This document shows, in pieces, positions 1 through 13,567 of a stretch of DNA of 64,000 bases. Position 1 is the stretch's first letter; the number at the start of each line of letters is the position of its first letter. The notes below the pieces were generated by a model. It saw only the letters and a program-made list of their open reading frames with translations, was not told the origin of the DNA and did not search any database. This DNA comes from Patellaria atrata CBS 101060. Taxonomy: Eukaryota. The stretch covers positions 62,001 through 126,000 of the forward strand of contig MU006108.1 of the NCBI GenBank assembly GCA_010093705.1, in the 5' to 3' direction. The position numbers and the translations under genes were made by a program.

Positions 1-493
1 TAAGCTCTCAACAACGCTCACATACGAAGTGGCACCAATGAAGTCGATACTCCTATATCTCTATGGAGCCTCGATGAATGCCTGAATCTCTTACTCTCGT
101 ATATCTGAAATACTTTTTCCCCTTTAGAGCCGAAATTTATATACGTATGTATTCAGAGAGCTCTCAATTCAGCCCCTCATTGCCTCATAGCTTTGCCCCT
201 CCATCTCATCATCTGCCCCTCCATGCCCTCGTCCTCCGTTTATCATCCGAACGGTATAGATAGATGGGAAGGATACGTTCAGTCCATAACGTTTAATGTA
301 TTTCAAAGAAAGCCGTCAACAATTCATCTATGAGTTATCTCTGAATCTGATGGGGCAGGTGTAGTGACAGAAAAACAGCAAAGCAATCTATTTCAGTTTT
401 GTCAAAGCTATAGAACGAAGTGGTATCATCATAAGAGATTGAAAAGAACATTCGAACATCTCGGCCCATTTTTCCTTCACATATACTGCAAAT

Positions 494-1145
494 TTAATGA
501 GCAGACGGCTCAGGCGTCTTATCCTTCTTGCCCAAACCTAAGGCATTTTTGGCCTTGTCAACGAAATTTTCCTTGCGGGGATGCTCGGCGTGTTTATGGG
601 GCACATGTTCGCCTCTGATTTCGTTCCCTTTTCCGCCACGCTACGAGAAAGATAGCGGTCAGTAGGGACATAATTGAGTTAGGATTATTGGAAAGACATA
701 CCCCGGCGTGGAAGTTTTCGTGTCCATCCGAACGCAACGCGGTCTCGGGAATCACGTCCTCAGAATGGCGCTGCGCACCGAGCTGGGGAGTTCCTTTCGG
801 GGTGCCGATATTTCCAGCTCCACCGCGCTGCCTGACGTTAGCCTCCAGGTAAGAGGTAGCAGTGTAGTTGACGTACGCCCGTCGAGTACTCCTTGTTGTC
901 GTTAGTCTCTCCGACGACTCCTTCGCGGACAATGGCACCATCTGCGTAGCTAGAAGCGTAGTTAGCTTTGTGTCCATTTCAGGAGATTTATTGAGAATGG
1001 GATAACCTACACATTGGGATCGGTACCAATGTTGCCGCGGCCTGGATAAAGAAGAGTTAGTCTTTCTATTTCTAAAACAGTAGGTTCGATGGCTTTTACC
1101 TCCGCGACCAGTAGAATGGATCCCATCTGATACGTGCTCGGCCAT
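494..1145 (-). CDS. DUF3602 / Par32-like GRGGxGNI-repeat protein (140 aa, 5 exons)
   Basis: Exons 1145-1100, 1041-1011, 949-877, 827-702, 640-494 with GT-AG introns splice to MAEHVSDGIHSTGRGGRGNIG...YSTGRGGAGNIG...FHAGRGGKGNE...; the three GRGGxGN motifs are typical of this family. Confidence 0.85.
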
Positions 1146-2362
1146 TTTGGATGTAGTTTTGATATGTTCAGAGATGAGCCAAAGTATTTCTCGGTTTCAA
1201 GGTTGACGAGAATTGTAGTGAGTCAAGGGGAGAGCTTTAAACAATTCGCTCAAGAGTCCAGACGAACTGGGTTTTTATATATGACGCAATGTCAACGTGG
1301 GATAGAAAAGCGTTCACCTGGCGTTATTGCACAAGTATGATTAGAACTAGCTGCTTGCCCCATTATTACTTCAGGTTAGCATTCACACCTAACCGCCACG
1401 GCCAAGAAACAAACTCGAGGAAGAAGAGGCATCTTGCTGTATATCTCCGTACTGGCGGGGCCTTGGGTTGACTGATGGTGTTGACGCATCCACGAGGAAA
1501 ATCAGATCTTTCACCTCTTCCAACCATGTGCCCTCCTGTTCCTTCTGCCTACATTACCGTCCCCTGCGCTACCGTGTTGCTGGTGCTGGTCCGGCAAAGA
1601 GCATAACTTCACCACATTTAAGCCCTACATGACGCAGAATCCGGTGATCAGTCCGGTAAGGTTACGGAATGGCTGATGGCTTTGGGGGAATACGAGAGAG
1701 TTTCAAGCACGTCAATTCAACCCGCCGGCCCTTTTTGTTCGTCAAAATTTGTCGAATGCGTGAGGTGATGCGTTTCCGCTGAGCTTTTGCTTTTTACCTA
1801 CAAATACCTTCATCAGAGAGATGGCCTGATAAGCTTCCGCCTTCTGATTCGTCAGGCAGTCCAAGATCACTCGTTCTCGCTGAGTTTGCTGACAGTTCCA
1901 TATTAGGTTTTGATAGGGGTGACAAACCGGGTGGAATACGACTATACAGAACTACAAGTACAGGAGTCTGCAGTCTGGGGCCTAGAGTCCGGAGAAGGTA
2001 TCGGGATGCAGGAGCGTGGTGTGAAAATCGCACGACACTAAAAGGTACAAGTTACAAGCAGAAAAGTCTTCTACCCCGGAAAAAACCCCCTATTGACTAG
2101 CTAAGCATCATTCACTGTCTAATCGCTTGCTTCCAGGTCTATTTGTGTGGGAAGCAAAGACCAAGGGACGTTGGGACAATGAGGTAAATGCAGGGGATTC
2201 CTAAACCACATTTGGGATTACGTACATTTGAATACGATAAAGTACATGTACATAATGCGCAAAACTCTAACCCAAAGAACCTCTGAAAGTTGACATAATC
2301 CGTTGCTTTCGTTATGAAAAAAAAAAGCTGTACAATTGTCTCCCGGCTCCTAGGAACCATAA

Positions 2363-3732
2363 CTACTTCTTCTGCTCGTTTGCTTGACCACCACCGGTAG
2401 TAGGCAATCCTAGGGAAAAAGTTAGCTCAGTCGATATCAAAGCTTGTAGCAAGGGATCATCTTTACCCATGAAGATCTTGAAGTAATCGTAAATCATCCA
2501 CTGCAATCCGGTCAAGGTGCCAATCATCACAATTCTTACTGGAAGACCATTCCACAGACCCGAGAAGCCAATATCCTTGTAGATGCGGCCCATTGCAGCT
2601 CCGAACGCCTCCCCAGGTTGACGGTTGGCATTAAGTTTTGAAACCATAACGTCCGCAGGATGACTGACTATCGCACAAAGGATACCGGCGATATACCCAC
2701 CAGTAAACGATACGGCCGTTTGTGCACCCTTTCCATAGTCGGATTTTTGCCCCGGGAGCGATTTGTAGATCATCTCAACCGTGGTTTCAAACGATGCGAA
2801 TTTCATCATGGTGTAAGGGATTTGGCGACCCCAAAGTGGATACAACCCCTTATATAAGCTGATGTCTGATTAGAAAAAATTCACAAATGCTGGGTTTTAA
2901 GTGTGTAGTCCTTACCCGGAAGCTCCTTCTTTCGCTGTGATCTTCGAGATGCCATCAATCGTTCCGGTTGCGAATGGAGGGATAGTGGTTTGCATGCGGA
3001 CCTTGGCAGCTTCGAAAGGACAGAGGGCAACATCAGCAATGAACTCGGCAGAAGCACTGGCTGTCAGGTAAAGTGTCGTCTTCCATCTCGCTGCAGTATC
3101 AGGACCCACAAGATCGGCGTAAAACTTCTTGAAGAATTCATATCCACCGTATTTGAAAGCACCTTGAGCCTGACAAAAGTCTCAGTACTGATCATATCCG
3201 ACAACTATCCCAACACTTACCGAATATCCAAAGAAAGTTGGACTCCAACCAGTATATATTCCTCTGAACCCTTCGGCACGGCTGATCTTTCCCCAAGCCT
3301 CAAAGTTCCCTTTGTACATCTTCGAGTCTACCTGGCGACGGCATTTCACAAGATCTAACGGGGTAACGGCAGTATGTGTAAGGCCCTAACGGTAATTAGC
3401 TTCATAATAAGGATGATGGGTGAATAACCTACGCAGGCCAAGAGACCACCGAAAGTACACGCAGCAAAGTATTTTGCAGAGTATAACTCAATCTTTCCAG
3501 CTTTCGCCTGAGCCGCGCTACTGGCCTTCTCAAACTCCTTTACGGCTGCATCACTAAGTTGTGAGCCTTTCTTTTTAGCATCATCCACTGCACTCCATGC
3601 GGAGTAGAGCTCTTCTCGAGCTTCGTATCGACTTAGTTGAGTATGCGCCGGTGAGGACCTGTTGCTTGAGAAGGGCGACGATGTGGCGAAAACATCTCTC
3701 AAAATGGTCTGTGAAGGAAATAAAATGGGCAT
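2363..3732 (-). CDS. Mitochondrial phosphate carrier (Pic2/Mir1 family, 385 aa, 5 exons)
   Basis: Exons 3732-3433, 3385-3221, 3169-2916, 2858-2467, 2409-2363 join in frame; carrier signatures [34 protein letters not shown] is typical of phosphate carriers. Confidence 0.95.
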
Positions 3733-3760
3733 CTTGACAAACTGTGAATCTGAGAGCTTT

Positions 3761-3796
3761 TGAACCTGTTGAACCTGTTGAACCTGTTGAACCTGT
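3761..3796. repeat. (TGAACCTGT)x4 perfect 9-bp tandem repeat
   Basis: Read directly; about 30 nt upstream of the phosphate carrier ATG. Confidence 0.95.
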
Positions 3797-4269
3797 CAGC
3801 TCAGTTACTCCACATTGGCATTGATGCTATAGCTCCAATATTCCGATAAGCAAGATGCCGTGCTTATTCTCGCAATTGGAATAATTACAAGGCTAATACT
3901 TACTACCTATCACTGAAATCAAGAATACCGAAGGCAATGAGGTTTATGAAATGAGACGGAAGTGCCGGGAGGTTGATAACTTTGAGGTTGGATGAAGGGT
4001 AGGGAAGCTGCAGCATTATCGCCAACCGTCATAACGCTCATATCTAGTTCTACCGTAGCTTGGCATTTACGTCAAAGCTGATTTTTATACCTCGGATCCT
4101 AAACCCCGAGTTATACTTGTACTTCACCTTAGTAAGAGACAAAGCAGTAAACAGAACAGCATTTTGGTGTATTTTATCTACTAATGCTCAATGGTCTTTA
4201 TGTATTCTCGCTTTCTGCTCGTCAATCAATGGTTCCTCTGCTACTTTATTACTGATAGCTGTCATCATA

Positions 4270-7245
4270 TCAGAACCCTCGTCCTGGCCTTCTGACGATA
4301 GGTTTCTTTACTGCTCCCTGCTTTGAGATTTGTTTCAAGCTCGAAAATGGCTTCTTCACGCTAGTGTTCGTATCGCTCTTCTCTTGAGCTATTCTTTGAG
4401 CTTCCCGTTCTTTGTCCTCGGCCATCTTGGCCTCCAACTCCGCTTTCCTATTGAACTCTATCTCTGTAACGCGTTTCTCTCGGACCGAGTACCCCTTCTC
4501 CTTAACTGAGTAGAATACACCACCCAGATCGGCGAGCCAGTGGGGATCCACTGAAGTCACGCAAGACATGTATTCCTTGGATGTAAGAATGAGTTCGTGG
4601 TAGATAACATAGTCCGGAAGGTAGCCGAGCCCATATAGCGCGCTCGTAGGGTGCAGCTGCACCGTGACACTCGTCCTCAAGTTGATGTATTCACCGATCC
4701 CTTTTACTTTAGCCGCTTGATGGTAGTATCCGGAGCAAATGCATTTTCTGATGATATCCCAATCGGTCCCGCAACTGGTCAAAGACATCTTCTGTAGCTT
4801 CATAATATCCTGAAGCTGTTCTCGGATTTCCTTCGCCCGACGAACTGTTTTGGGATGGAGAAAATGCTTCACACACCAGCCATCCGAATAACCATTCATC
4901 CTCCATAGAGTGTACACATTGAGGAGGGTCAAATGGTCGGACTCTGGGACGAAGAACTTCTCACGGGCTGCGTCAGCTTCCTCCATTCGCTCTTTCGGTC
5001 GATAGAATACGTTCGGCACCGATAACATCGACACAATGGTTAACATCTCCTCGCTGCATCCGTACTCTTCAGAAGTGATGAGAAGTTTGGCTAGTGATGG
5101 ATCCATAGGAAAGGCGGTCATTTTCTTGCCGAGAGGAGTCAAGTTCCCTAGATTGTCTAAAGCACCTAAGGCCCAAAGGTCGAAGAGCGAGGTCGTGATG
5201 GTATCTTGAGGAGGAGGATCCATGAAATCAAAATCAAGGAGATCTTTTACTCCGAGAGATTTAAGCAACAGGACAGTGTTGGCCAAATTTGTCCTCTGAA
5301 TCTCAGGGATCGTCTGTATGTAAAATTCATCCCGGAAAGCTCTCTCAGTGTAAAGGTGAAAGCACTTCCCTGGGCCCGTTCTACCAGCTCGACCAGCTCT
5401 TTGTGAAGCATTGGCCTGGGATATTGGGGTTATTTGCAATGTATCCATACCCATGCGAGGATTATACACTTTCAGCTTAGAATAGCCCGCATCCACCACG
5501 TACATGATGCCATCTACGGTCAAACTTGTCTCAGCAATATTGGTCGCAACAATGACCTTTCGTACACCGGGTGGAGCCCGTTCGAATATTTTCGCCTGCA
5601 AATCTGCAGGCATTTGACTGTATATTGGCAATATACTCAGCTTTGGAGGGTCGTTCAGGAGCTTGAGCCTTTCATCGACAAGCTCACATGTTGTTTCAAT
5701 ATCTTCTTGTCCTGTCATGAAACAGAGAATATCCCCTACACCCTGGGACACATGGATAGCAAGAATTTGCTTAACAGCGCTGTCAACATAGTCCTCGCAA
5801 GGGGAACGTGAATACTGTATGTCCACTGGGAAAGTCCTCCCGGGGATGAAGAATTCAGGAGCTCCTCCATAGAAGCGAGAGAACCGTTCTGCATTCATAG
5901 TCGCTGAGGTTACTATGAGCTTAAGATCTCGCCTTCGAGCTAGGACCTTTTTGATTAAACCCATTAGAACATCAGTATTTAACGCACGTTCGTGAGCCTC
6001 ATCCATAATAATGCAAGAATACCTATCGAGATCAGCTTCCACCAGTGATTCTCTCAACAGGACACCGTCCGTCATATATTTGATGACAGTCTCTTTGCTG
6101 GTACAATCTTCAAAACGGATAGCATAACCAACTAAGCCCCCTAATTTTACTTCCATCTCTTCACTCACCCGCTTAGCTACGCTCATGGCAGCAACCCTTC
6201 TAGGCTGCGTACACCCTATCATGCCGTGTTTTCCATATCCATCCTCATATAGAAATTGTGTGAGTTGTGTGGTCTTTCCAGAGCCCGTCTGACCAACGAC
6301 AATTATAACTTGATTATCACGAATGACGCGAAGAAGCTCCTCTCTTACCGCGAAAGCCGGAAGGTATTCTCGCTGCTCTCTGAGCGTTTTGCTTCGACTG
6401 AAGGTACTTTGCCCCTCATTTTGCTTTAGGTGCTCCGCAAACTTACTACCACCTTTTCTTTCTTCCTCGCCTGGTATATGAGCCGCCGTATCTCCGTCAT
6501 CCTCTTTCACGCCCATTAAATTTCCTAGTGCAGTGCCAGCAACATTGGTAGCCTCCTGTGCTTGTTTCTGTCTTTCCTTCTGTTGACGTCTTTCCTTAAC
6601 GACCTTACTCCCCTTACGACTGAAGACGGCCATATCACTCTGTGGGTCTCTAATAGCTGATACCGGATCCAGTTGCTTGGTAAACACCTTTCTCCCGTCC
6701 AGAAAGGGGGGTTTGAGATCATGCACTAACAAGTGTACTCTGGTAGCCTCCTCATCATCTTCAAAATCCGCGTCGAAATGACGCCGCTGTGCTACACCGG
6801 ATGTGAGCATACGGTTCGTTTCCCACGCATCTACCTCTTTTTTTCTTTGAATTGCCCGCACATCTACACGTCTGTTATTCTTTTTCTCGGCCATCGCGGC
6901 TTCTCGTTGTTGATCTAGCCAGGTATTATCTAGACCGCCGAACGGGTTATGTGTATCATCCCCAAATGCGTGGCCATTCTCCTCTCCCCCGTACCAGTCT
7001 CGATCTAGTGCCGTGGAATCTTCCCAGTCCACACCAGGTTCGGGACCGTCAAACTCTTCCTGCTGAGGTATTGGAGTCCCTACATTTGCTGAGGTTCGTG
7101 GAGTATGTAACCCTGAAGAAGCGGTAAAGTTCCTGGATCGATTCGGGGTATTAGAGCGGCTTGTGGCTCTCGATAATGATCGCGATGGGATAGAGAATCG
7201 ACCATCATCAAGCTTTCTCCGCTTCGGACTGTGATCACGAGCCAT
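4270..7245 (-). CDS. PRP16: Pre-mRNA splicing DEAH-box RNA helicase Prp16 (991 aa, intronless)
   Basis: Motifs [23 protein letters not shown]; Prp16-type N-terminal segments [10 protein letters not shown] and [13 protein letters not shown]. Confidence 0.95.
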   Translation of the reverse strand: MARDHSPKRRKLDDGRFSIPSRSLSRATSRSNTPNRSRNFTASSGLHTPRTSANVGTPIPQQEEFDGPEPGVDWEDSTALDRDWYGGEENGHAFGDDTHNPFGGLDNTWLDQQREAAMAEKKNNRRVDVRAIQRKKEVDAWETNRMLTSGVAQRRHFDADFEDDEEATRVHLLVHDLKPPFLDGRKVFTKQLDPVSAIRDPQSDMAVFSRKGSKVVKERRQQKERQKQAQEATNVAGTALGNLMGVKEDDGDTAAHIPGEEERKGGSKFAEHLKQNEGQSTFSRSKTLREQREYLPAFAVREELLRVIRDNQVIIVVGQTGSGKTTQLTQFLYEDGYGKHGMIGCTQPRRVAAMSVAKRVSEEMEVKLGGLVGYAIRFEDCTSKETVIKYMTDGVLLRESLVEADLDRYSCIIMDEAHERALNTDVLMGLIKKVLARRRDLKLIVTSATMNAERFSRFYGGAPEFFIPGRTFPVDIQYSRSPCEDYVDSAVKQILAIHVSQGVGDILCFMTGQEDIETTCELVDERLKLLNDPPKLSILPIYSQMPADLQAKIFERAPPGVRKVIVATNIAETSLTVDGIMYVVDAGYSKLKVYNPRMGMDTLQITPISQANASQRAGRAGRTGPGKCFHLYTERAFRDEFYIQTIPEIQRTNLANTVLLLKSLGVKDLLDFDFMDPPPQDTITTSLFDLWALGALDNLGNLTPLGKKMTAFPMDPSLAKLLITSEEYGCSEEMLTIVSMLSVPNVFYRPKERMEEADAAREKFFVPESDHLTLLNVYTLWRMNGYSDGWCVKHFLHPKTVRRAKEIREQLQDIMKLQKMSLTSCGTDWDIIRKCICSGYYHQAAKVKGIGEYINLRTSVTVQLHPTSALYGLGYLPDYVIYHELILTSKEYMSCVTSVDPHWLADLGGVFYSVKEKGYSVREKRVTEIEFNRKAELEAKMAEDKEREAQRIAQEKSDTNTSVKKPFSSLKQISKQGAVKKPIVRRPGRGF

Positions 7246-7483
7246 CCTGAGGAGTTATGATAACCTTTAAGGCAGTTAATTAAGGTGAAAAAGAGCGTGG
7301 TAGATACCTTCAACTGTCTGTACCTTGCACTTTGTAGTCGATGCCAAGATATTGGGTCCTTGCGCGGTCGGGTATTTCCCTTCACGGTAGATAACCGAAT
7401 ATCTGCCGCCATCATTCAATATTTTTCTGAGCAGCGCGCAAGGTGGGAAAAATCACTTAATTTTATAGCGCAACACTTTTAGG

Positions 7484-9200
7484 ATGTCTATGATCACAGC
7501 GACAGCTTGGGTACCTCGGGGCTTTGCTGCTCCATTTCCCACCAAGTACGTCTTTGACGAAGCCGAATATTCTCGCATTCAAGAGCTTGCAAAACTTCAA
7601 CTAGATGACGCCAAGGAGGACCTCGAAGAGGCGCAAGGGAAGAAGAGTGAAACCAATGGATCTTCAGAAGGGACTGATCTTCCCCAATCTAACGCGTGAG
7701 ATACTACTCTACCTAACCTCATTTCTAAACTAATTCAGTATGTTCCCACAGCGACATCGATGATGACCTCAAAGAGTATGACCTCGAGCATTACGATGAC
7801 GACGATGAGGAGAAAGAGCAGGATGAAAATGGAGTCTCCATGGGCATATTTGGAAATATTAAATCCTTAGCATATCACACCTCCAACGATGATGACCCGT
7901 ATATCACACTAAAGGATGGGGATGACGATGACGACGACCGCGAAGAGCTTCAAATATTAGCAACAGACAATCTGGTATTAGCAGCTAGGTTGGAAGATGA
8001 GGTCGCCCATCTCGAAGTTTACGTATATGAAGACACGGAGGACAATCTTTACGTTCATCATGATATCATGCTACCTGCGATACCACTCGCCGTAGAATGG
8101 CTTGATTTACCGGTAGGTCAGTCAGGAACTGAGAGAGACAGTAAAGGTAACTTTGTCGCCGTTGGTACTATGGATCCTGATATAGAGCTCTGGGATCTTG
8201 ATACTGTGGATTGTATGTACCCAAATGCGATACTTGGGCAAGGACAGGAAGATTCTACTAAAATTGATAAGACGAAAAAGAAGAAGAAAAAGAAGTCAAA
8301 AAAGGCAAACGATTCATATCATGTTGATGCTGTGCTTTCACTTGCCGCCAATCGACAGCATCGCAACCTCCTCGCATCATCTTCCGCAGATAAGACCATA
8401 AAGCTATGGGATCTTAACAAAACAAAATGTGCAAAGTCGTATTCATACCACACAGACAAAATCTGCTCAATAGCCTGGCATCCCGTCGAGGCGACGGCTC
8501 TACTGAGCGGCAGTTATGATCGGACAGCCGCTGCCGGCGACATGAGGACAACAGAGGCAGACCTACGCCGATGCGGGATTGAGAGTGATGTTGAGGCCGT
8601 CAGATGGAACCCACATGACCCAAACTATTTCTACGTAAATTTATCGCACTTTCTAACAAGATCGGTGCTGACATAGAATAGGTTACGACAGAGAGTGGTG
8701 TTGTTCATTATCAAGATGTCCGACAGCTAACAGGAGATCCCGCCAAATCCAAGGCTGTCTGGACACTTCAAGCCCACGATGAGTCTGTGTCGGCCTTTGA
8801 TGTAAACCCGATAATACCAGGTTATCTAGTCACTGGTTCAACCGACAAGGAGATCAAACTCTGGAATGTCCAGGCTTCGGGTCCAAGTATGGTAGTCTCT
8901 AGAAATCTTGGCGTGGGTAAAGTTTTCTCGACTACTTTTGCCCCTGATCAGGAAGTAGGCTTCAGACTGGCAGTTGCTGGCAGTAAGGGATCGGTACAGA
9001 TCTGGGATACTTCCACCAATGCTGCTATTCGCAGAGCTTTTGCTAACAGAGTCGCGTCTTCCGAGGTCGAAGTAGAAGAGCGCCTAGTCAGTGTTAAAGA
9101 GGATGATAGTTCGTCAGATGAGGAGGGAGAGGGAGATGAAGCGATGACTGACGGTAATGGACATCCAGATGGTTGGGAATCTATGGAGGAGTCAACTTGA
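7484..9200 (+). CDS. PWP1: Periodic tryptophan protein 1, WD40 ribosome biogenesis factor (537 aa)
   Basis: Exons 7484-7695, 7752-8634, 8682-9200; N-terminus MSMITATAWVPRG, NLYVHHDIMLPAIPL, WD repeats, acidic tail. Confidence 0.93.
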
Positions 9201-11288
9201 ATTATGCTTCCATCCTGATAAACCAAGCACGAAAAGCATCGAAGGCAGGAGTAGCGCAAGAAGAGCATTCGAATTCACGGTTAGTACCGGTACCTTGCAT
9301 ATTCCCGTGGCGGATGCTTCTATACTACGACAGTCCATGTTGTACGTCCTCAAGGGAGCAGTATTTCGTCCTGGTCAACTCGAGTTTTCACCTCAGGTAA
9401 GATGACAGCACAAAACAGGAGATTTACCTTACCGAAAGCTATCAGACTCGAGAGACTATATTGGCATGTACAAGTGCAAGGTACAAGTTCTAATAGAGTA
9501 CACTTCACTACCATACAGCCTGGTATCTTCTTGTCACTGTTACACATGTGGACCCGTAAAAAGTTAACATTAGTCAAAGACCGAAGTCGGAATAGAATTT
9601 CAATCCATACTTTACATCAAAACCCTTACAAGCTTGATGACTAAAAAAAGTTATTCTTGTCCATTTGTACTAAGTTAATTCTATAGTATTGGTACTGAGT
9701 TCGCTATCACCCTTTACAGTACACTGGTCCGAGTTCGCATAGGGGAGAATTCTCTGGTCGGCTGCGGTACAGCAGAACTACTGTACCCACTGGATTGACC
9801 AACACATCAATACTGCAAGACAGCTCTATTTTTGCTGACGGTCTACTAGACGAGCCACGAAGTCTGGCCGAGGACAAACTTCGCCGACATGGCTGCATCG
9901 GGGTCCTTTGATTCACAGCGTTCGAGGAGCAAGTGTTGTTAGCTTTATATGACTGACCGAATGACCGATCCGATGTCAGCGGGCTGGGACTCACAGAAAA
10001 TTCCCCATATGAGGTTGAAAACCGAACAAGACTCAGAAGGAGAGCGATACCTGGACCCGTGCCGAAAGGTTTGTCCCATCACTGCAGGATCTGTTATAAA
10101 AACAGCCATCTGGTGATTCCAGTGAGTCTGAGGTGCACTGTAGGGCTTCTCGGAAGAAACAAAAATGTTCTACGGTAGATGAAACGCTCCCAAACGGGCT
10201 AGGCTGGAAAAGGTAAGCAAGGTAGGATGCAAGCAAGCATGAAAAAGTCTGCAACACGTTGGCGTCGCTCTCCTGTACCCATACCTCCCATACCTTTACC
10301 TTAGCGCCCGCTTTGTTTCTTTCTCTCATTCAGTCTCTCTGCACGATTTGCATAACGGAACAGACATACGAAAACGGTGATTGGTCAGTTAGTGCCAACA
10401 AAGCGACCAGCATGTGAGAAGAAATTCCGAGGGAAGCACGGGAAGATGGCAAAGAGTGGGCGCTTGGATGACAGGTGGATCAGAGTGTCAATCATTTTCT
10501 GTCAAACAAGTCAATCCGCGCAATTCCCATGTTTTAGGCCCGAAAGTCTCCCCATCATCTCTCCGCCTTAACGCTAAGATACCCTTTTTGCGCCTTTTGC
10601 TTCCTCTTCTTTTCAAATTATATCTCTTCTTCAACAACTTTTCAATCCAACCTTCCCTCCATAAAACCTTTTTTTTATCTGTCTGGTTACACTGCTCCGA
10701 CACGCTCCCTATCTCCTAAATCTCTGTCGCGACCTGGTTGTTCGCTCCTTACGACAGCTGGATCCCTTACATTCTCTTTCCATTGCCTCATTTAACTTGA
10801 ATTACTCTCCTTATTCTTACAGACAGCGCTGCCAGCCAGCCTCAACATCGCACAATCTCTGAAATCGATCCGAGACTAGATTCGCAAAACACTTCTTACT
10901 ACCTGAGTCTCGCACACTGCTCCAAGGGAACAAACGTACAAGTTTGAAATCCTGCGCCTTGTCCAAAACGTTTCACAGCTTCCCATTCTCCCCAAGGCGC
11001 AAACACCACCGATTAAAAACGGTCAATCAGTCTTCACGGCCACGAGACACAATCGTCTTAGACACTACACACATTGTAGCTGCAAATTGTGCACCACCTT
11101 CCTAAATCTTGAAAGCCTCGCAGCTCCTCACGTGTCGACTTTAATTTATCCGTTGCCTTTCCCCGCAATATCCGTCTAAGCCAGACCTCCCAAAATCAAT
11201 CTATATTCTTCCACGGCCCTATTTCCGCAATTTCGACTTGCTTTAGGAAACCCACAGCCAATATACCTATAAAAAACTTCTCCACAAA

Positions 11289-12083
11289 ATGTCCATCGTC
11301 CGCGCTTTTACCAGACGCTCAAAACGAACCGAGACTCCATCCTTCTCGCCCATCCGCACTGCCAGCACAAAACAGAATGGCCAGATGGTTGACCGCAAGC
11401 AAATATCAGGACCCGTTGCTCTGATTTCCACGACGAATATGCTGTCCTACGACGCTCCAGATATCCCCACCATGCGCCACGTATCCTCTTCGTCCGTTTC
11501 CTCCTCGTCTTCAAGCACCGCCGAGGATTCAGATCACTCCGCCGCAAATCTCTCCGGAGCTGATACCGATGCGACGTCAGTAACGTCGTCTCCCACCTCG
11601 CCGGAGCCAAACCATCTTTCATGCTACTTCCCCCAGCCAACCCAGAAGCCACGTAGGTCGACATCCACCACCAGCTTTCCTCGAGCATCTGAGCTTTCAA
11701 TCGATGCGCCGGCAATACCGAAACGTGCACTTTCACATAGTAAGAAAGCTCATGAACAGATCGCACGACAAAGGTCCATTCGCTCCATGTCGGCAAGAAG
11801 CAGCTTAAGCTCACGGGAACAACGCTCCTCGGTCGACATGTTCCGGACTTCGGTAGAACCGAACCATCCTTTCGGTAAGGAATTAGAGCAGTTGAACGAA
11901 GTCGCCGAGGAATTTGGGAATGTTGCCAAAGATGCCGATGCGGCCCAGATCGATGAAGACAACCATTTCATGCAGCAACATGGTTTAGTCAAATTTTGCG
12001 CAAGCGACTATCTGATGGAAATTCAACCACTTTATAGCAACATATTTGGGGATATATCTCTTCCCAGCCCTCAGTGGATCTAG
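11289..12083 (+). CDS. Ser-rich hypothetical protein (264 aa)
   Basis: Intronless ORF with good ATG context (caaaATG); blocks ISGPVALISTTNMLSYDAPDI and HPFGKELEQLNEVAEEF look like conserved fungal hypothetical-protein motifs. Confidence 0.85.
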   Translation: MSIVRAFTRRSKRTETPSFSPIRTASTKQNGQMVDRKQISGPVALISTTNMLSYDAPDIPTMRHVSSSSVSSSSSSTAEDSDHSAANLSGADTDATSVTSSPTSPEPNHLSCYFPQPTQKPRRSTSTTSFPRASELSIDAPAIPKRALSHSKKAHEQIARQRSIRSMSARSSLSSREQRSSVDMFRTSVEPNHPFGKELEQLNEVAEEFGNVAKDADAAQIDEDNHFMQQHGLVKFCASDYLMEIQPLYSNIFGDISLPSPQWI

Positions 12084-12697
12084 GAGAGATTTGTTTGGAC
12101 AGCTGGTAGGAATCCTTTGTATAAGCAGCTAGATGTTGTTCGCAGAATTGGGGAACAACCCCGCCATATCATTTTCTTGTGGATATTTTAAATTTACTTC
12201 TCTTCTTCTACTTACTATCTGTTGGATTGAAAATTGGCGTTGTCGGCAAGACAGGACATGGCGGCGCGGGGGGCCCCGGAATATACAGAGAAAGGAGTTC
12301 TCTTCCGATCGTTTATGACTTGCAGTCTATGCTACGGTGCAACCGACTTGTTTTCTTCTGTATGATTGAGTTTGTTGCTTCTTGCCGATAGCGGCTTTTT
12401 AAGTATAAAATATATCGACTCATCTCAAAAATCTATTGTTGAAAATTTACTTCTCACAAGCACAAGTGCCCTCATCCGCCGTCGATAAACCGATATATAT
12501 GGCGAAGTCAGGATTTTAAATGCTAAGGCCCATCTACCTGATGCTTTATACTTGATGTTGAATAATAATAAGAGTCTTTGATATTTTGAACTGTATACAG
12601 TGTTCACCCTTGCTCGCTTTGTTCGGCTATCCGCTCGTGGGTTACCCGTCACCCGCAGCGTTGGGCACAAGGGGCCACTTTGGGCTAAGGGAAACGG

Positions 12698-12825
12698 GTG
12701 TGTGCAGTGGGTGCGGTGGGTGCAGTGGGTGCTGTGTGAATTATCGGTGATCATCCCGTGCATTGGTCCATCACCAAAACCGAAAACCAGAAACAAAAAC
12801 ATCCAACACAACACAACACAACACA
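12698..12825. repeat. Short tandem repeats upstream of CKS1: GTGCRGTGG x3 and (CAACA)n
   Basis: gtgcagtgg-gtgcggtgg-gtgcagtgg near 12702-12728; caacacaacacaacacaacac near 12804-12824. Confidence 0.8.
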
Positions 12826-13018
12826 GTTACTCCAAACCTACCTCACCCCTCTCCAACTTTTCCTCTTCCCGTCCACACGCATAATTCGGGGAGAAGAGAA
12901 GGATACCAGACAAAAGACACAACTAGAATCACGAAAAGCTGAAATCACTACTCCGTCTCTTAAAGCATCAACAAATATCAAACCTAACCCCGCGGTTCCT
13001 CACACGCGAGCAACTGAC

Positions 13019-13567
13019 ATGGCTATGGACATTGACTTCACAAGACGAAACAAGAAGCCCAGACCTCTTTCCGAGAGCGAACGAGACAAGCTGGATGAAT
13101 TCATAGACGCGATACACTATTCTGCGAGGTATAACTGCGCTCCCATTGATGCCTAGACCACATCTAACGCGCATATTCACCACAGATATTCTGACTCCGA
13201 ATACGAGTATCGCCATGTGCAACTACCTAAACAAATGCTGAAATCAATCCCGAAAGAGTATTTTGATGGTTCACGCGGAACCCTGAAATTACTATGGGAG
13301 GAAGAGTGGAGAGCTCTGGGGATAACCCAGGTACGGACCTGATGTTTTACAAATCCACAACTCTCTCTCCTCTCTTTCATGTGAGAACAATAAGTGGGCT
13401 GACACGATGTTAAGAGTCTAGGTTGGGAACACTATGAAGTGCATGAGCCAGAGCCACATATTTTGCTCTTCAAGTACGTGTTTTGCTCAGTCGTTCTCGC
13501 CTCATGTCTTCAGCTAATTTGCTATAGGCGGCCAATCAACTATCAACCACCTATGCAGCAACAGTGA
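13019..13567 (+). CDS. CKS1: Cyclin-dependent kinase regulatory subunit (117 aa, 4 exons)
   Basis: Exons 13019-13128, 13186-13330, 13415-13473, 13528-13567 give [21 protein letters not shown]...[33 protein letters not shown]. Confidence 0.97.
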
